From: Picochlorum sp. SENEW3
Lineage: Eukaryota
Length of the DNA stretch: 64,000 nucleotides
Assembly: GCA_034226945.1 (NCBI GenBank)
Contig: CP120454.1
Span: forward strand, 310,001 to 374,000
Direction: 5' to 3'
Both the position numbers and the translations under genes were made by a program. Every line of letters begins with the position of its first letter. The first letter of the stretch is position 1. The notes beneath the pieces were generated by a model. That model saw only the letters and a program-made list of their open reading frames with translations. It searched no databases and was not told the origin of the DNA. Shown in pieces: positions 12,905-24,372 of the stretch.

Positions 12905-14032
12905 ATGACACATATGGTCAGTGCCGCCAGGTCGTGCCTTCCCACCAAGAAGCATACTTGGAACGCTGCTAGAGCATCATACGTACGAGGTCCACGGTGT
13001 TTGTTTGGGAAAAGAATCCATCAAACATTATCAAGAATCATCGAATCAGTTAGATGTCAATCTGCAGATGCCGAGCATTCCAGATACCTACGGGTACATG
13101 GGGCTGTCGTTGAGGGTCTCGAAGTTATGCCCGCTCTTGTCAGTGTACTTCAAGCTCTGGGGGGCACTTTGGTAGATCCTGCTGATAGAAGTGATATGAA
13201 TCCATTACTGATCCCCATAGTAAAAAACAGCGATGGCTCAGTAGTGGCAATGCTTCGCCTGCCACAGACTCGGTCTGTTCAAGAGATGGCAGTGGTGAAA
13301 ACGAGACCTCAGTCTACATATATCCAGCTTCTGGCTCGTCGTGCGGATGAATTTATTCATAGAGCAATGGCAGAAGAAGATTGGAATAATGCACAGATGG
13401 GTATATCCGACAGGCCCATTGCAGCAGCAGCTGGAGAATATGGTGCTGCATTGTATGAACAGAACAGTGTGGCGACCAGTGGACTTCCTTCACTGAACGC
13501 GTACATAGCGAGGAAAGTAGGAATGTTTCTAGATGTATGTGAGGAATTAGTTCAGGCGCACCTTGATAAGGGTGATCCCATGAGCGGTCTGATCACTGCC
13601 GAGTGGTACATGAGAGATGGACAATTTCCCAACTGGGGCAAACCCTACGAGTACGTTTCTGATCTCATGATTTCATCAATGAATAGAAAAGAGGAAGGGA
13701 GGGATATAGCTCGATTGGCTTTGAAGACGCCATGGTGGACGCTGGAGAAGGGGTTTGAGCACATCAAAGCTACCAGTGGATTAACAGGAGATGCAGATTC
13801 TATTCGCAAAACTCTGCTGGAGCAGGAAGAGATGGCTAATGTTGGGGCCTTGCAAGGAAAATACAAGACCAATCCAAAATCAAATGAAGAAGAAAGAATC
13901 GAAGAAGCGTCGCACTTGTTGAATAAAGTGGTTGCAGGAGAATGCTCCTGGGCAGATATTAGACCTGAATTGGAGGCAAAATATGAGCTGGCTGGACTCA
14001 TTGATATGGCCAGATTCATCGCAATAATTTAA
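12905..14032 (+). CDS. PAB: PROTEIN IN CHLOROPLAST ATPASE BIOGENESIS-like
   Basis: Transit-like N-terminus. NPLLIPI, DEFIHRAMAEED, KVGMFLDV, FPNWGKP and ARLALKTPWWTL match the plant PAB family as recalled. Confidence 0.8.
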   Translation: MTHMVSAARSCLPTKKHTWNAARASYVRGPRCLFGKRIHQTLSRIIESVRCQSADAEHSRYLRVHGAVVEGLEVMPALVSVLQALGGTLVDPADRSDMNPLLIPIVKNSDGSVVAMLRLPQTRSVQEMAVVKTRPQSTYIQLLARRADEFIHRAMAEEDWNNAQMGISDRPIAAAAGEYGAALYEQNSVATSGLPSLNAYIARKVGMFLDVCEELVQAHLDKGDPMSGLITAEWYMRDGQFPNWGKPYEYVSDLMISSMNRKEEGRDIARLALKTPWWTLEKGFEHIKATSGLTGDADSIRKTLLEQEEMANVGALQGKYKTNPKSNEEERIEEASHLLNKVVAGECSWADIRPELEAKYELAGLIDMARFIAII

Positions 14033-14091
14033 TATCATGTTGATGATGATATCATACTACGTTCCCGACAGGAGCTCTCATATGGGATCCT

Positions 14092-14136
14092 GGCGCCCTG
14101 CCAAGGCGCCCACGTCTCCATCTCAAACGGTTTGAA
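14092..14136. promoter_or_regulatory. Cell-cycle-type promoter motif cluster (GGCGCC x2, AACGG MSA core, TTTGAA CHR-like)
   Basis: GGCGCC at 14092 and 14105, and AACGG at 14126 directly followed by TTTGAA at 14131, upstream of the KEN-box ORF. These are short motifs and function is inferred. Confidence 0.35.
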
Positions 14137-14513
14137 ATGACATCTTTGAACATCATCGTCACCCAATTCACAATGCATTATACCTAAAACATCAAAAGAT
14201 TGATATTTATAGTAAATATACTATATACGTATACGTAAAACCACAAATAGACAGGACTGTGGAAACCCAACGCGAGACTGTCAAACCCAACCGCACGACA
14301 ACAACTTCAATCATATCTTTCAGCTACCAAGATGTATGCATCAAAAGGTGCGATATAACAGTATTAAAATCAAACATGTACCATACATTGCACTATCTGT
14401 GGCCATTGAGTAACACTAGCCGATCTGTCACTGCAGTGATTTCGAAAACCTGCCGATCGCTGGTGAAGCGAGGAAGGAGACTGCTCAGATCAAGACGAGC
14501 ACAGGTATCAAAG

Positions 14514-15041
14514 ATGTCATATTTTTCTGGAAAAAGACAACAGCAGATTATTTTGGAGCAGATTGAGGCCTTATGCCCCAAGTTCAAGGGTGACGCCCAC
14601 GTCGACGAGCAACTGTCTCGAGATTTTCAATCCAAAGTCGCTATTCCAGAAGATACAGGTTGTATCGGCACGGACCAAGATGCTTTTGTGCAATGCAATG
14701 GCAAAGACGATGGCTTCACGTTTGCGACCCCTCACAATCAGGATACCTACCCCGAGTTACCAACCTGGTGGAACACCAAGCAGCCAAACAACAACAAACA
14801 ACAGGATCATTCGGTCAGCGATATGCAAGATGTGTGTTCCATCCATGATAAGGAAAATATCAATCCCAATACACCAGGTGGTGCATTGAAAAAGATGCGT
14901 ACCGCCATGGATGCAGACACTGCATGCTGGGGACCAGTGAAACGAAGCAGACCAAAGAAATCATGCATTGATCCAATGGATTGTTCACCAACAATTCAAA
15001 GGAAGAAAATAAGAGTCCGCCGTACTCTCATGGAATTGTGA
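14514..15041 (+). CDS. Hypothetical KEN-box protein
   Basis: Open frame 14259-15041 with the likely ATG at 14514. Contains DKENINP and TP/SP motifs. No family recognised with confidence. Confidence 0.6.
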   Translation: MSYFSGKRQQQIILEQIEALCPKFKGDAHVDEQLSRDFQSKVAIPEDTGCIGTDQDAFVQCNGKDDGFTFATPHNQDTYPELPTWWNTKQPNNNKQQDHSVSDMQDVCSIHDKENINPNTPGGALKKMRTAMDADTACWGPVKRSRPKKSCIDPMDCSPTIQRKKIRVRRTLMEL

Positions 15042-15350
15042 TCGGTACAGAGATCAATATATGATATAGATAGTACTGTCTCTGAGGCACAGACATTGAT
15101 ATGAGTTTGCACGCGTGTTGAAATTTGAAATTGCGGGGGCGCCTTCCGAGTACAGATTTCAAATCAGCACTAGAAAACAGATGGCTACTATGATCGATAC
15201 TCATCCTGATAATTTGATATTTTCTGAGTTTAAAGCGTAGTATAGACATACGTGTGGACATACACCCATACCATGTCTGATTTGGGATCCTTGGGCTTGA
15301 AATCGCATGACGAGGTACGTTGATCGTTTTCCAATCGCAGATACCTTGGT

Positions 15351-17324
15351 ATGTGCAGTAACTATTCATCAATATCAATGCAGAGGTTGCTTTTGCGCGC
15401 TGTTGAAGAGGGGGATGAGGGAAACAGCCCTGACAAGGAGGATGACCTGGCACGGAAGAGGACGGGAACGTTGCGAACGAGATCGTCGACTCGAAGAAAA
15501 TTACAGATGGAAACGAACCAAGAGAATGAATTGGTGAATACTGGTGAGGAATCTGTGGAGCCGGTGTTTTCTCGCAGAGGGAAGAGAGATAGAAAAGCAC
15601 TCAACGAGGCGAATACAAGGACGAGCCAGGTGCAGGCACGGTCGAGCACTGTTGGCAAGAGGAAAATGCGAGGAGGGCGTCTATCCGATGCACATGATAT
15701 CGCTGTAGTAGAGGAAGGTGAAGGACAGGGAAAGCCGTTGACAAATATGCGCAGTGTGAAGAAGCGGGCTGCTAGGAAGGACAAGGAAACTGTTATAGAA
15801 TCCAGTGTCCTGTCAGAGAGAGATGCCACGATGGACAGAGAATCTGATGATGAAGATATCTGTATAGACGATGCAGATGTACCGCAGACTGATGAGCACA
15901 TTGTTCCTTCCCCTGAACCTGTCCATCGTCACAAATCTGTTTGCCATGATGTGGGCAGCAGAGAGCACATGTGTCGGTGGCTGACGAAAAGCCTGGCACA
16001 TCCTTTGAGCATGGAAGCAAAAAGTGCAGGTATTCGACCTTCACTGCAAAAAGCTGTCGATTTCATCCAAGAAAACGTGAGGAATACGATTGAGAAATCG
16101 TTCAATAACTCAATCTTGGTCATTGGAGCTCCAGGCTCGGGAAAAAGCTTGGCAGTCTCGCGAGTATGCATGCAGGTTGATGAAGAACGGAACACGGACA
16201 AAAATGATCCACAGGTTGGCATTGTTAGACTATCTGGATGGGCATTCTCGGACGAAAAGGCCTCTTTCAGAGAAATAGCACGGCAGTTGTGTGAAAAGTT
16301 GCATTTGGACTTTGTCCGGACAGCTTCATATGGAGAAAATATTCAGTTCCTTCTGGCAGTTCTCAAAGCTCTTGCTGAATCCAACAAATCAGCACTTTTC
16401 ATTCTAGAAGACTTTGACTTGTTTGCACACAGCAATAAGCAAACATTCTTATACTGTCTCTTAGATTCGCTGCAAAAGAGCCATGCGCAGGCCATGGTGA
16501 TTGGGACAACGTGCAGATACGATTGCCTCAATCTCCTGGAAAAGAGAGTAAAGTCTAGATTTAGTCATAGAAATGTCATATTGACGCCACCAATATCCAC
16601 TGGAGATTGTCAAGACAAGAATAGCAATGGTGATGCTGAGGATGGAGCATTAGCCATCTTGGAGTCCATGCTCCAACTCCCAGAGAAGGAATATCCCCAA
16701 ACCAGTGCGGCGCGGAAGCATAATAAAAAGGTTCATGAGGCTGTCCATCACGCCAAGGTGTCTCAAGAAATGTCGAAATTCTTAGAATCCTCAAACAGCT
16801 TGCGCCAGATTGCCAACATTGCCAGAAAAGCAATCGCCATGTACTGCACGCAGGCAAAGTCCACTCTTTCTTCAGACATGATCCTCAAAGCATTCAACGC
16901 GGTCAAAACAAAGTCACTTCATGGGTATGTACCGCGCATATCCCGGCTGAGCGTCCTGGACTTGACAGTTCTTGTGTCTGCCTACAAGGCACACACATCC
17001 CGTGCTGATGGGCTTTTGAACTTTGAAATGATCCACCATGAGTTCCGATCATATGCTACATCGGGAGATCACGTAGACAATTATTCCAAAGCAGCAGCAA
17101 GCAAGGCGTTTGAGCACCTCATGTCCCAGGGAATAATAACCTTTTCAAGAGAGAGATCAGGCCCTCTCTGCCGCAGAGATAGAAACTATGCCTCAGTCCT
17201 ACTGCAAATCACCCGACAGGAGTTGATCGAAGGATTGAAATTCCACAAGCAATGCCCGATGAGACTGAGAGAATGGTGCACAAAGGAAGGAGGACCGCGG
17301 ATGACTGCAACATCATTCCTGTAG
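15351..17324 (+). CDS. ORC4: Origin recognition complex subunit 4
   Basis: NSILVIGAPGSGKS Walker A, ILEDFDLFAHSNKQTFLYCLLD and LLEKRVKSRFSHR are typical of ORC4. Long disordered N-terminal extension. Start is 15351 or 15378. Confidence 0.92.
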   Translation: MCSNYSSISMQRLLLRAVEEGDEGNSPDKEDDLARKRTGTLRTRSSTRRKLQMETNQENELVNTGEESVEPVFSRRGKRDRKALNEANTRTSQVQARSSTVGKRKMRGGRLSDAHDIAVVEEGEGQGKPLTNMRSVKKRAARKDKETVIESSVLSERDATMDRESDDEDICIDDADVPQTDEHIVPSPEPVHRHKSVCHDVGSREHMCRWLTKSLAHPLSMEAKSAGIRPSLQKAVDFIQENVRNTIEKSFNNSILVIGAPGSGKSLAVSRVCMQVDEERNTDKNDPQVGIVRLSGWAFSDEKASFREIARQLCEKLHLDFVRTASYGENIQFLLAVLKALAESNKSALFILEDFDLFAHSNKQTFLYCLLDSLQKSHAQAMVIGTTCRYDCLNLLEKRVKSRFSHRNVILTPPISTGDCQDKNSNGDAEDGALAILESMLQLPEKEYPQTSAARKHNKKVHEAVHHAKVSQEMSKFLESSNSLRQIANIARKAIAMYCTQAKSTLSSDMILKAFNAVKTKSLHGYVPRISRLSVLDLTVLVSAYKAHTSRADGLLNFEMIHHEFRSYATSGDHVDNYSKAAASKAFEHLMSQGIITFSRERSGPLCRRDRNYASVLLQITRQELIEGLKFHKQCPMRLREWCTKEGGPRMTATSFL

Positions 17325-17476
17325 AATGTCAACCGAGTCTGGGATGGATACTCGAGTCGATCAGTCCAACGCACGCTGTAATAAAACCATATACTACTTC
17401 ACTATATAGAAATATCGTTTATTTATTTCCAAGAAAGGAATCAGAGCATCTACACGGATATTCTTGGTGCGACGAT

Positions 17477-18607
17477 ATGTCCAGCCTGACAACGATGACC
17501 TCCCAAGCCCTACGCGGCTCTGGCATCACAGCAAGAAAGAACAATAGATCTCGTGCCTTGCAAGTCAAAGCAATGGCCGGAATTGGTCGATTCTTCGTAG
17601 GAGGTGCGCATTGTGCTCAGTGGCTGAATGTTCTGGATAAGGTGACGAGTATCTCTTGCACCCCAGTACGGGTTTACTTGGCTGATTTACAACCCTATAA
17701 GCATACTGACATTAATTGTGTGATATATATGCCATCAGATGGGTCATCTTCCAACGTCCCTCATCATCGTGCCCTTGTGGTTATGTCGTGCCTTGTGCAG
17801 GAAATTGGAAATGCAATGGGACAGTCGAATCTGTAAATCAATTGGTGAAGGATTTGAACTCTGGTACGTTGCGATGCATCCATCCATGCAGGATATCACT
17901 GACTGATATGCCATGCTATTCATGTGTCTGCAGGAAGCATTCCATCCGATGTTGACGTCGTCATCGCCCCTACATTCGTCCATCTCGAGACAGTTCGACA
18001 GAATATCACTGGACCATATGAAATAGCAGCACAGAATTGCTGGACTGGCAAAGGAGGAGCCTTCACTGGGGAAATCTCTGCAGAAATGATCAAGGACATG
18101 GACATCCCATGGGTCATTCTCGGCCATTCTGAGCGTAGATCTCTCTGTGGAGAATCGGTCGACGTCGTTGGAACAAAGGTTGAATATGCGCTGAGCCAAG
18201 GGCTCAAAGTGATAGGTTGCATTGGAGAGACCTTGGAGGAGAGGGAAAGTGGAGAAATGTTCAACGTGTTGAATGAACAATTGGAGCCCATCGTGAAGGC
18301 TGTGGACGATTGGTCAAACGTTGTTATTGCATACGAACCAGTATGGGCCATTGGAACCGGTGTTGTGGCCACCCCAGACCAAGCCCAAGAGGCCCATGCA
18401 TTTGTCCGCTCTTGGTTGTCTGACCACATCGGCAAAGACACGGCAGAGAGCGTACGAATCCTCTATGGAGGATCCGTCAATGACGGAAACTGCGTGGAAC
18501 TCGCGAAGAAGGAGGATGTTGATGGATTTCTGGTCGGAGGAGCCTCATTGAAAGGAGATTCATTTGTTCAGATTTGCAACGCCAATAAAGCATCCGCAAC
18601 AGCGTAA
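17477..18607 (+). CDS. TPI: Triosephosphate isomerase, plastid-targeted (exons 17477-17603, 17801-17863, 17934-18607)
   Basis: FFVGG|NWK, VILGHSERR, IAYEPVWAIGTG and DGFLVGGASL motifs, with an N-terminal transit peptide. Confidence 0.97.
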
Positions 18608-18669
18608 ATTTTCCATCCTTTTTCAGTCTTGGTTCAATACTTGATACAATTTCTATGTAATTGACATGA

Positions 18670-19085
18670 TCAACCAATCACCAGTTTCAGAAATATCACC
18701 AGAATATTCAACACCACCAGTGGCATTCTCATATACGTGGCAGCATGCAACGTCCCTATAATCTGATGCTTCAACGCCCCAGGACCCTCTCCTATAGAAT
18801 TCTGACCCAACTGAGAAAACCCCCATCCATCTACACACACACATGGATGCCATCAGGACTACACACACACAACCACCCTGCAACCCAAAGAGGAGGAAGA
18901 AGAAGAACAATCCCACGTACATTTCTCGAGAACACGCTTCTCATTCAGAATAGCACCCGCATTAAATAATAATAAAGCACCCTGTAGTTCATCATATGAG
19001 AGACAATCATACAGCTCACAGACACAAGGAGGTGTTGTTGGGATCACACAAAGAGACAAACCTGTAACAGAGTCCACAGAGACAT
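18670..19085 (-). CDS. Yos1/IER3IP1-like small ER-Golgi membrane protein (3 exons; not recovered as one ORF in the track)
   Basis: Manual splice gives MSLWTLLQ|GALLLFNAGAILNEKRVLEK|YGWGFSQ...LKHQIIGTLHAATYMRMPLVVLNILVIFLKLVIG*, which matches the Yos1 family pattern. Confidence 0.9.
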
Positions 19086-19421
19086 TGTCATCCTAAAGAT
19101 CAGTCATTATCAATTCAAAAGACAACGTCTCTGGTACCAAACACGTGCTCGTCCTAGCAAGGCCTCTGACTATTTTTATTCTATCCATTTACGGCATATA
19201 TGAAACATCGATGGATCCGCCATCCACATCGCCATGATGATCAGATCGGGATCCATCTGATTGCCATACTTTTAAACAGTTGATCGAAACTATTGTGAGT
19301 TGTCCACTAGCACGAGAGCAATCAGTTGACTACCGTCCTAGTGACATTGCTGCGTTGCATTCAATCGTTCCTTCGTTTATTCGACTGACTCACTCGGTAT
19401 TTAACCAGATACAGTATCACT

Positions 19422-20813
19422 ATGTCTGATTATGAATATGATCAAGAGGTATGAGGGGAATCGATGGGTGTGGTGGCTGCACGGCACCGTTGGAAATGCC
19501 ATGGACTCAATCGATAATGACGTGTATGTCTGCAGAGTCTGGATGAGGGTCTTGATAACCCAGATGTTGTGACTAAATACAAAGCTGCAGCCAAAATTGT
19601 GAACAGTACGTTGCTGATGAGGGTGGCAGACGGGTTTCATGAGGTGTCGGCGACTGCGAGCGATGTGACGAATGACACGGTGTTTGTTATGTATAGATGC
19701 AATTGCTGCTATTGTTGACAAATGCAAGGCAGGGGCCAAGGTTGTGGACTTGTGCGATGCTGGGGATTCTTTTGTGACTGAGTAGGTTGCTGAGTGGGGT
19801 TGAGTTGATGGATGCCTGTATACTATAATGCATGTGTGTGTGTGTTATCATGTAGGCATGTCTCCAAGGAGTTTAAAGGAAAGGATATCGAAAAGGGTAT
19901 TTCTGTGCCAACCTGTATATCTGTGAATCATTGCGTGGGACACTTTTCTCCTTTGAATGACTGTACTCAGGAGCTCAAGGACGGGGATATGGTGAAGATT
20001 GACTTGGGATGCCACATTGATGGGTACACTGTGCAGGCGGCCCATACAGTTGTTGTTCAGAGTGGTGATGCACCAATTACTGGTAGAGCTGCTGATGTCA
20101 TGCAAGCCACCTCAATGTGCTATGAGGCTGCTGCTCGTTTGATAAAGCCTGGGAAAAAGGTGGCTGACGTTGCTCCAGTGCTAGCAAAGATTGCAGAGGC
20201 GTATGGCTGCAACCACATAGAGGGGGTCATGTCGAACCAGATGTCGCGATTTATCATCGATGCCGGTAAGGTGGTGTTGAACAGACCTCAGCCAGACCAG
20301 AGGGTGGAAGATGAGGAGTTTGAGGAGGGTGAGGTGTACTCCATCGACATGATTGTGTCTACAGGGGATGGAAAGCCAAAGATGGCTGATGAGAAGGAAA
20401 CAACTGTTTTCAAGCGTGCATTAGAAACCCAATATCAACTCAAGATTAAGGCTTCTAGAGAATTGTTTGCCGAGATTAATAAAAAGTACCCGACCATGTT
20501 GTTCTCTCTCAGAGGCATCGATGGTACCGCTGGAAAGACCCGTTTGGGACTTGCAGACTGTTTGAATCATGGACTCTTGCACGCCTTCCCAGTAACGTAT
20601 GAGAAGGAGGAGGATTTGGTGGCTCAGGTGAAGGGAACCTTTTTGTTGATGCCCAATGGAAGTGACAGGCTGAACCAATTCCCACAGCAGACTGTCCAAT
20701 CCGACAAGTCAGTGGATGATGAAGAGATCAAGGCTCTGTTGTCCACATCATTGAAGAAGAAGAAGGGCAAGAAGGCGAAGAAGGCTGCCGCTGCTGCTGC
20801 TGCAAGCTCATGA
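19422..20813 (+). CDS. EBP1: Proliferation-associated protein 2G4 / EBP1 (MetAP2-like fold)
   Basis: DVVTKYKAAAKIVN, KGISVPTCISVNHCVGHFSP, KIDLGCHIDG and a Lys-rich C-tail. Three short introns at the 5' end. Confidence 0.93.
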
Positions 20814-21021
20814 TGGCACTCTATTCGGTCAGTAGTAGAATGCGCATGAGTCTCAAATTTTCTCACACCCACAAGACAGATGAATTACAAGTAATATGTA
20901 AAATTCATATGCGTAGTGGAGTACCGATGCGTCTCATTTCCGCACCTGTGGGTACAAGTGAGGTCCGTGGAGACACGCATTCGTTGACAACGGTGTATTC
21001 AATGTATACAGGGATGGTACC

Positions 21022-21450
21022 ATGACGATGTTGTATATTGTGCAGAAAGTAGGTCATATTGGGTGGCAAGCACGGTCATATGGGGTCACACTGAAAACGA
21101 GGACATGTGTGGCCTCAAGACAGGGAGTGGTTTCACGAGCAGGAATGGGAGGAGGGGTTGTTGAGCGACCGACGCTTCCAGGTTTGACTCCAAACAAAGA
21201 ACAGCAGCGCAAAAGGCCTCCTATATTCAAAGTGTTGCTTCATAACGACGATTACAATAAGAGGGAGTATGTTGTCCAAGTTCTTCTCAAGGTTGTGGAA
21301 GGATACACTGTGGAGGATGCGTTGAATGTGATGCAAGAGGCTCATATTCATGGTATGGCTGTAGTTATAGAGTGCTCACAGGAAAAGGCTGAGGAAACGT
21401 GCGAGGGGATCAGGAATAGTGGTTTGCTGTGTACCATAGAGCCTAGGTGA
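21022..21450 (+). CDS. ClpS: Plastid Clp protease adaptor ClpS
   Basis: FKVLLHNDDYNKREYVVQVLLKV...VMQEAH..G.AVV...QEKAE, with a transit peptide. Confidence 0.93.
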   Translation: MTMLYIVQKVGHIGWQARSYGVTLKTRTCVASRQGVVSRAGMGGGVVERPTLPGLTPNKEQQRKRPPIFKVLLHNDDYNKREYVVQVLLKVVEGYTVEDALNVMQEAHIHGMAVVIECSQEKAEETCEGIRNSGLLCTIEPR

Positions 21451-21486
21451 TGTCAATTTTACAATGTAATGCATTCATTTTCATCT

Positions 21487-24197
21487 TTATATCCGTACTA
21501 AAGTTGTACCAACGTGTACATTGCATATTTTTGAAAAACCTGAAACAGTTAGAGATGATGCTGATATTGAGGGGACGCGAGAGAGAATACTCCTGCGGTC
21601 AGGCAGGGATGCGGTGGTGTTCCACAGCATGATGTCAGATTCATCGAGAAGTTTGATTTGCACGGCGTCTCCCTGTCCAAGCAGTACAATTGCATTGATA
21701 TCAGTCTCATCCTGCATTATATTGGATACTGTGTCGTAAGAGCCATACAAAGCCAAGGGTTCATCATATATATATAACATACCTTGAAGTACACCTTCCA
21801 GTGGGACTTGACATCCTTTCTCACTGTGATGCACGAGTCGTCATTGTTGTCTAGAGCTCGTATATACTGATCTTCAATACTTGGAGGGTATATTTCTTGT
21901 GAACTTAGAGAGGCTAATGTGGCTAGAGCAACAAGTTCATATGCATACACGTGTGCATTGCATAGAGTCACTGGTCGTTCAAGAGGGCCACTGTACTTTG
22001 CCTGAATCGTATTTGCTTTGACAAGGGATCTTTTTCTACATCTAACAACCTCAAGGCTTCCTGGTACGACAAGAGCATCGTTTGAACAGAAATCTATTGC
22101 TTCACTAGAATTGCCATCTATAGATTGTGTCCCTCCTGCCAGTGAAAATGACACCCTTAGGGGGATCACTGCGTTGGGAGACATACAAATTTGAAGTGCC
22201 TGTGCTGCGTTTCGAAGAAAATTTGAATCGCTGGTGAAGCTTGCCATGGTTGTCGCGCATGCAGCGTATTCAAATTGTAAAGAATGAATCAGAAATGGTC
22301 TCGTAAGTTTCAAGCCCCATCGCTCCTTCTTCCCTGCCTGTGTTGAAGAGCAGCCTTCTAAAATGTTTTCCGAGGAAGAGATGGACTTGTCTGCTGTTAG
22401 TCCTCCCATGGTGCTTGATTGCCATACCGAAAGAATTGCGCCAACATTTGAGATGCTGTCACTCTCACCTAATTCAATCTCTGTACTTGATGATAGAATT
22501 GAAATATGTTCTAGGCATAAGTTTGACAATCCATTTCCTAGTATGACAATTTTGATGGACGTTCCTTGCAAGATCTCCCGGCATAGAATAACTTTTGTTA
22601 GACTATCAAGCGGGACAAACTCCTCTGTGCAGTTTTGGTACGTGCCTGATGATGATGCCACCTGGACAAGTCCATGCACAGGCTTGTCAATTGAAGTTTT
22701 AGATACTGAGGCCCGTTCTTGCATCAATTCTATTCCAACGATTGGAACTGTTGATTTCAATTCCCCAATCCAGAAAGTGGTGTTCTCAGATTCCTTTGGG
22801 AAACATGTGGACATTGCCTTGTCATTCGAATTCTCTCTTGTGGCAAGCATGGCATACTGGGAATTCCGTGTGAATGGATTCGAGTGCTCTATAAAACTCA
22901 ATTGTATGTCCATCACATTCACTCCTTCAAAATATCTCTGCATTTGTGATTCTAATACTGAATATTCAGGAATGTCCGATTGCCATGCCAGCTTAAATGG
23001 CTCAAGTAATGTGTATATTGGCACTGCTTCGTCGACTTCATCATGATTCATTTTCTTCATGTATTCTATATTTCCAGAGACAATCATATCAGCCATCATG
23101 GCATGCATACGAAGGACTTGCCCTGGCGTAAAGGTATTCCTACAAACATCTGGCGATGTGTCCATGTACAAATTCCCTGGGAGGAAGAGATGCTCGCCAT
23201 CAACCCTCGATGGATCACAAAATGGCGTCTGTTTCAAAGCACAGCCCTCACTTCCTCTATATACTGGTTGAGTATCGGCAATGAAATCGCCATCTATTTT
23301 GCAGGTCTCATAGCTTGGAAAGGGATGAGCGAGCCCAAACATATGGCCCATCTGGTGCACCAAGCTCGTCGGAGAATAGTTTAAAGCACTCAACCTAGTG
23401 TATATAACTCCCAACTCCATTTTACCCGACTTGGAAAGATGAAATTTCTCATCCCCAGATTCAAACGAATCTCCATACACTGCAGAGAGTCCATTCACCT
23501 CCTCCAAATTGCATACAAAGACCACCAGAGAAGAAAATGAGTTCATCTGCCCCAATAAGTCTCTTGTAAAACCTCTATCATGGCAATTCGACTCGGTTTT
23601 CTCGTCAACATGAACAAAATACACGCCCCTACCATACAGAGTGAAGCGCACATTTGCTCCAGCAAAAGCCTTGTTTAATGCTGCCATTTGCTTCTCCACA
23701 ATTCCTTCGGTCCGGCTTTTATCGATAACTGAATATGAGTGGAGCACCCAGAATGAAATAGAGACAGAGAATTGGGACAAATTCCCCAAAATCTCCTTTC
23801 CCTCTTGTAGCGATAGTGAGGAAACCTCCTTCCCAAACAATGCTGTTTCCGCCCCAAGAGCCGAGTCTTCGTACCGATCCCTGGCATGAAGATGATTCTG
23901 ACAGTCTATGTTAACGACATCATGGTCCTGGGCACCCAGCTGGGGAACTCCTTCGTCATTTCTCAAGACATCTGAATAATGCTGCTGTTCTGACAACCTG
24001 GCGTTGGGAACGATTGCTCCAACAATAATCAGGGCGATCCCAGCCAAGATCATTGATATCCCAAGAACACCTAAAACCGATGATCTGCGGAGCCAGGCCA
24101 TCCCGCAGTGGATACCTGAGCTTTGCACAAGTTGACTTGCCTCTTGCGGACCACCGGTGCCACGAGTCAAACTCATTCTCCTTCCCACTGGAGCCAT
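21487..24197 (-). CDS. Membrane-anchored pappalysin-like (M43) metalloprotease homolog with HQxxH site and beta-rich C-terminal domains
   Basis: N-terminal TM helix. LVHQMGHMFGLAHPF, DGDFIADT, Met-turn NLYMDTSPDVC and FTPGQVLRM motifs. Terminal exon at 21487-~21712. Confidence 0.8.
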
Positions 24198-24372
24198 AGA
24201 GCCATCTTTATTTATAAACAACCATATAATTCAAAACTAGGTATTTTCAAGGCCAAAGTCAAAGTCACAGGCTCCCTCAAACGCGCTTTCAGCGCTGCTT
24301 CTCCAACGGGGATGGTCACTGACAGATAATCATACAGAACCTTACACGTGGTACTATGGTGTAAACTTTATT

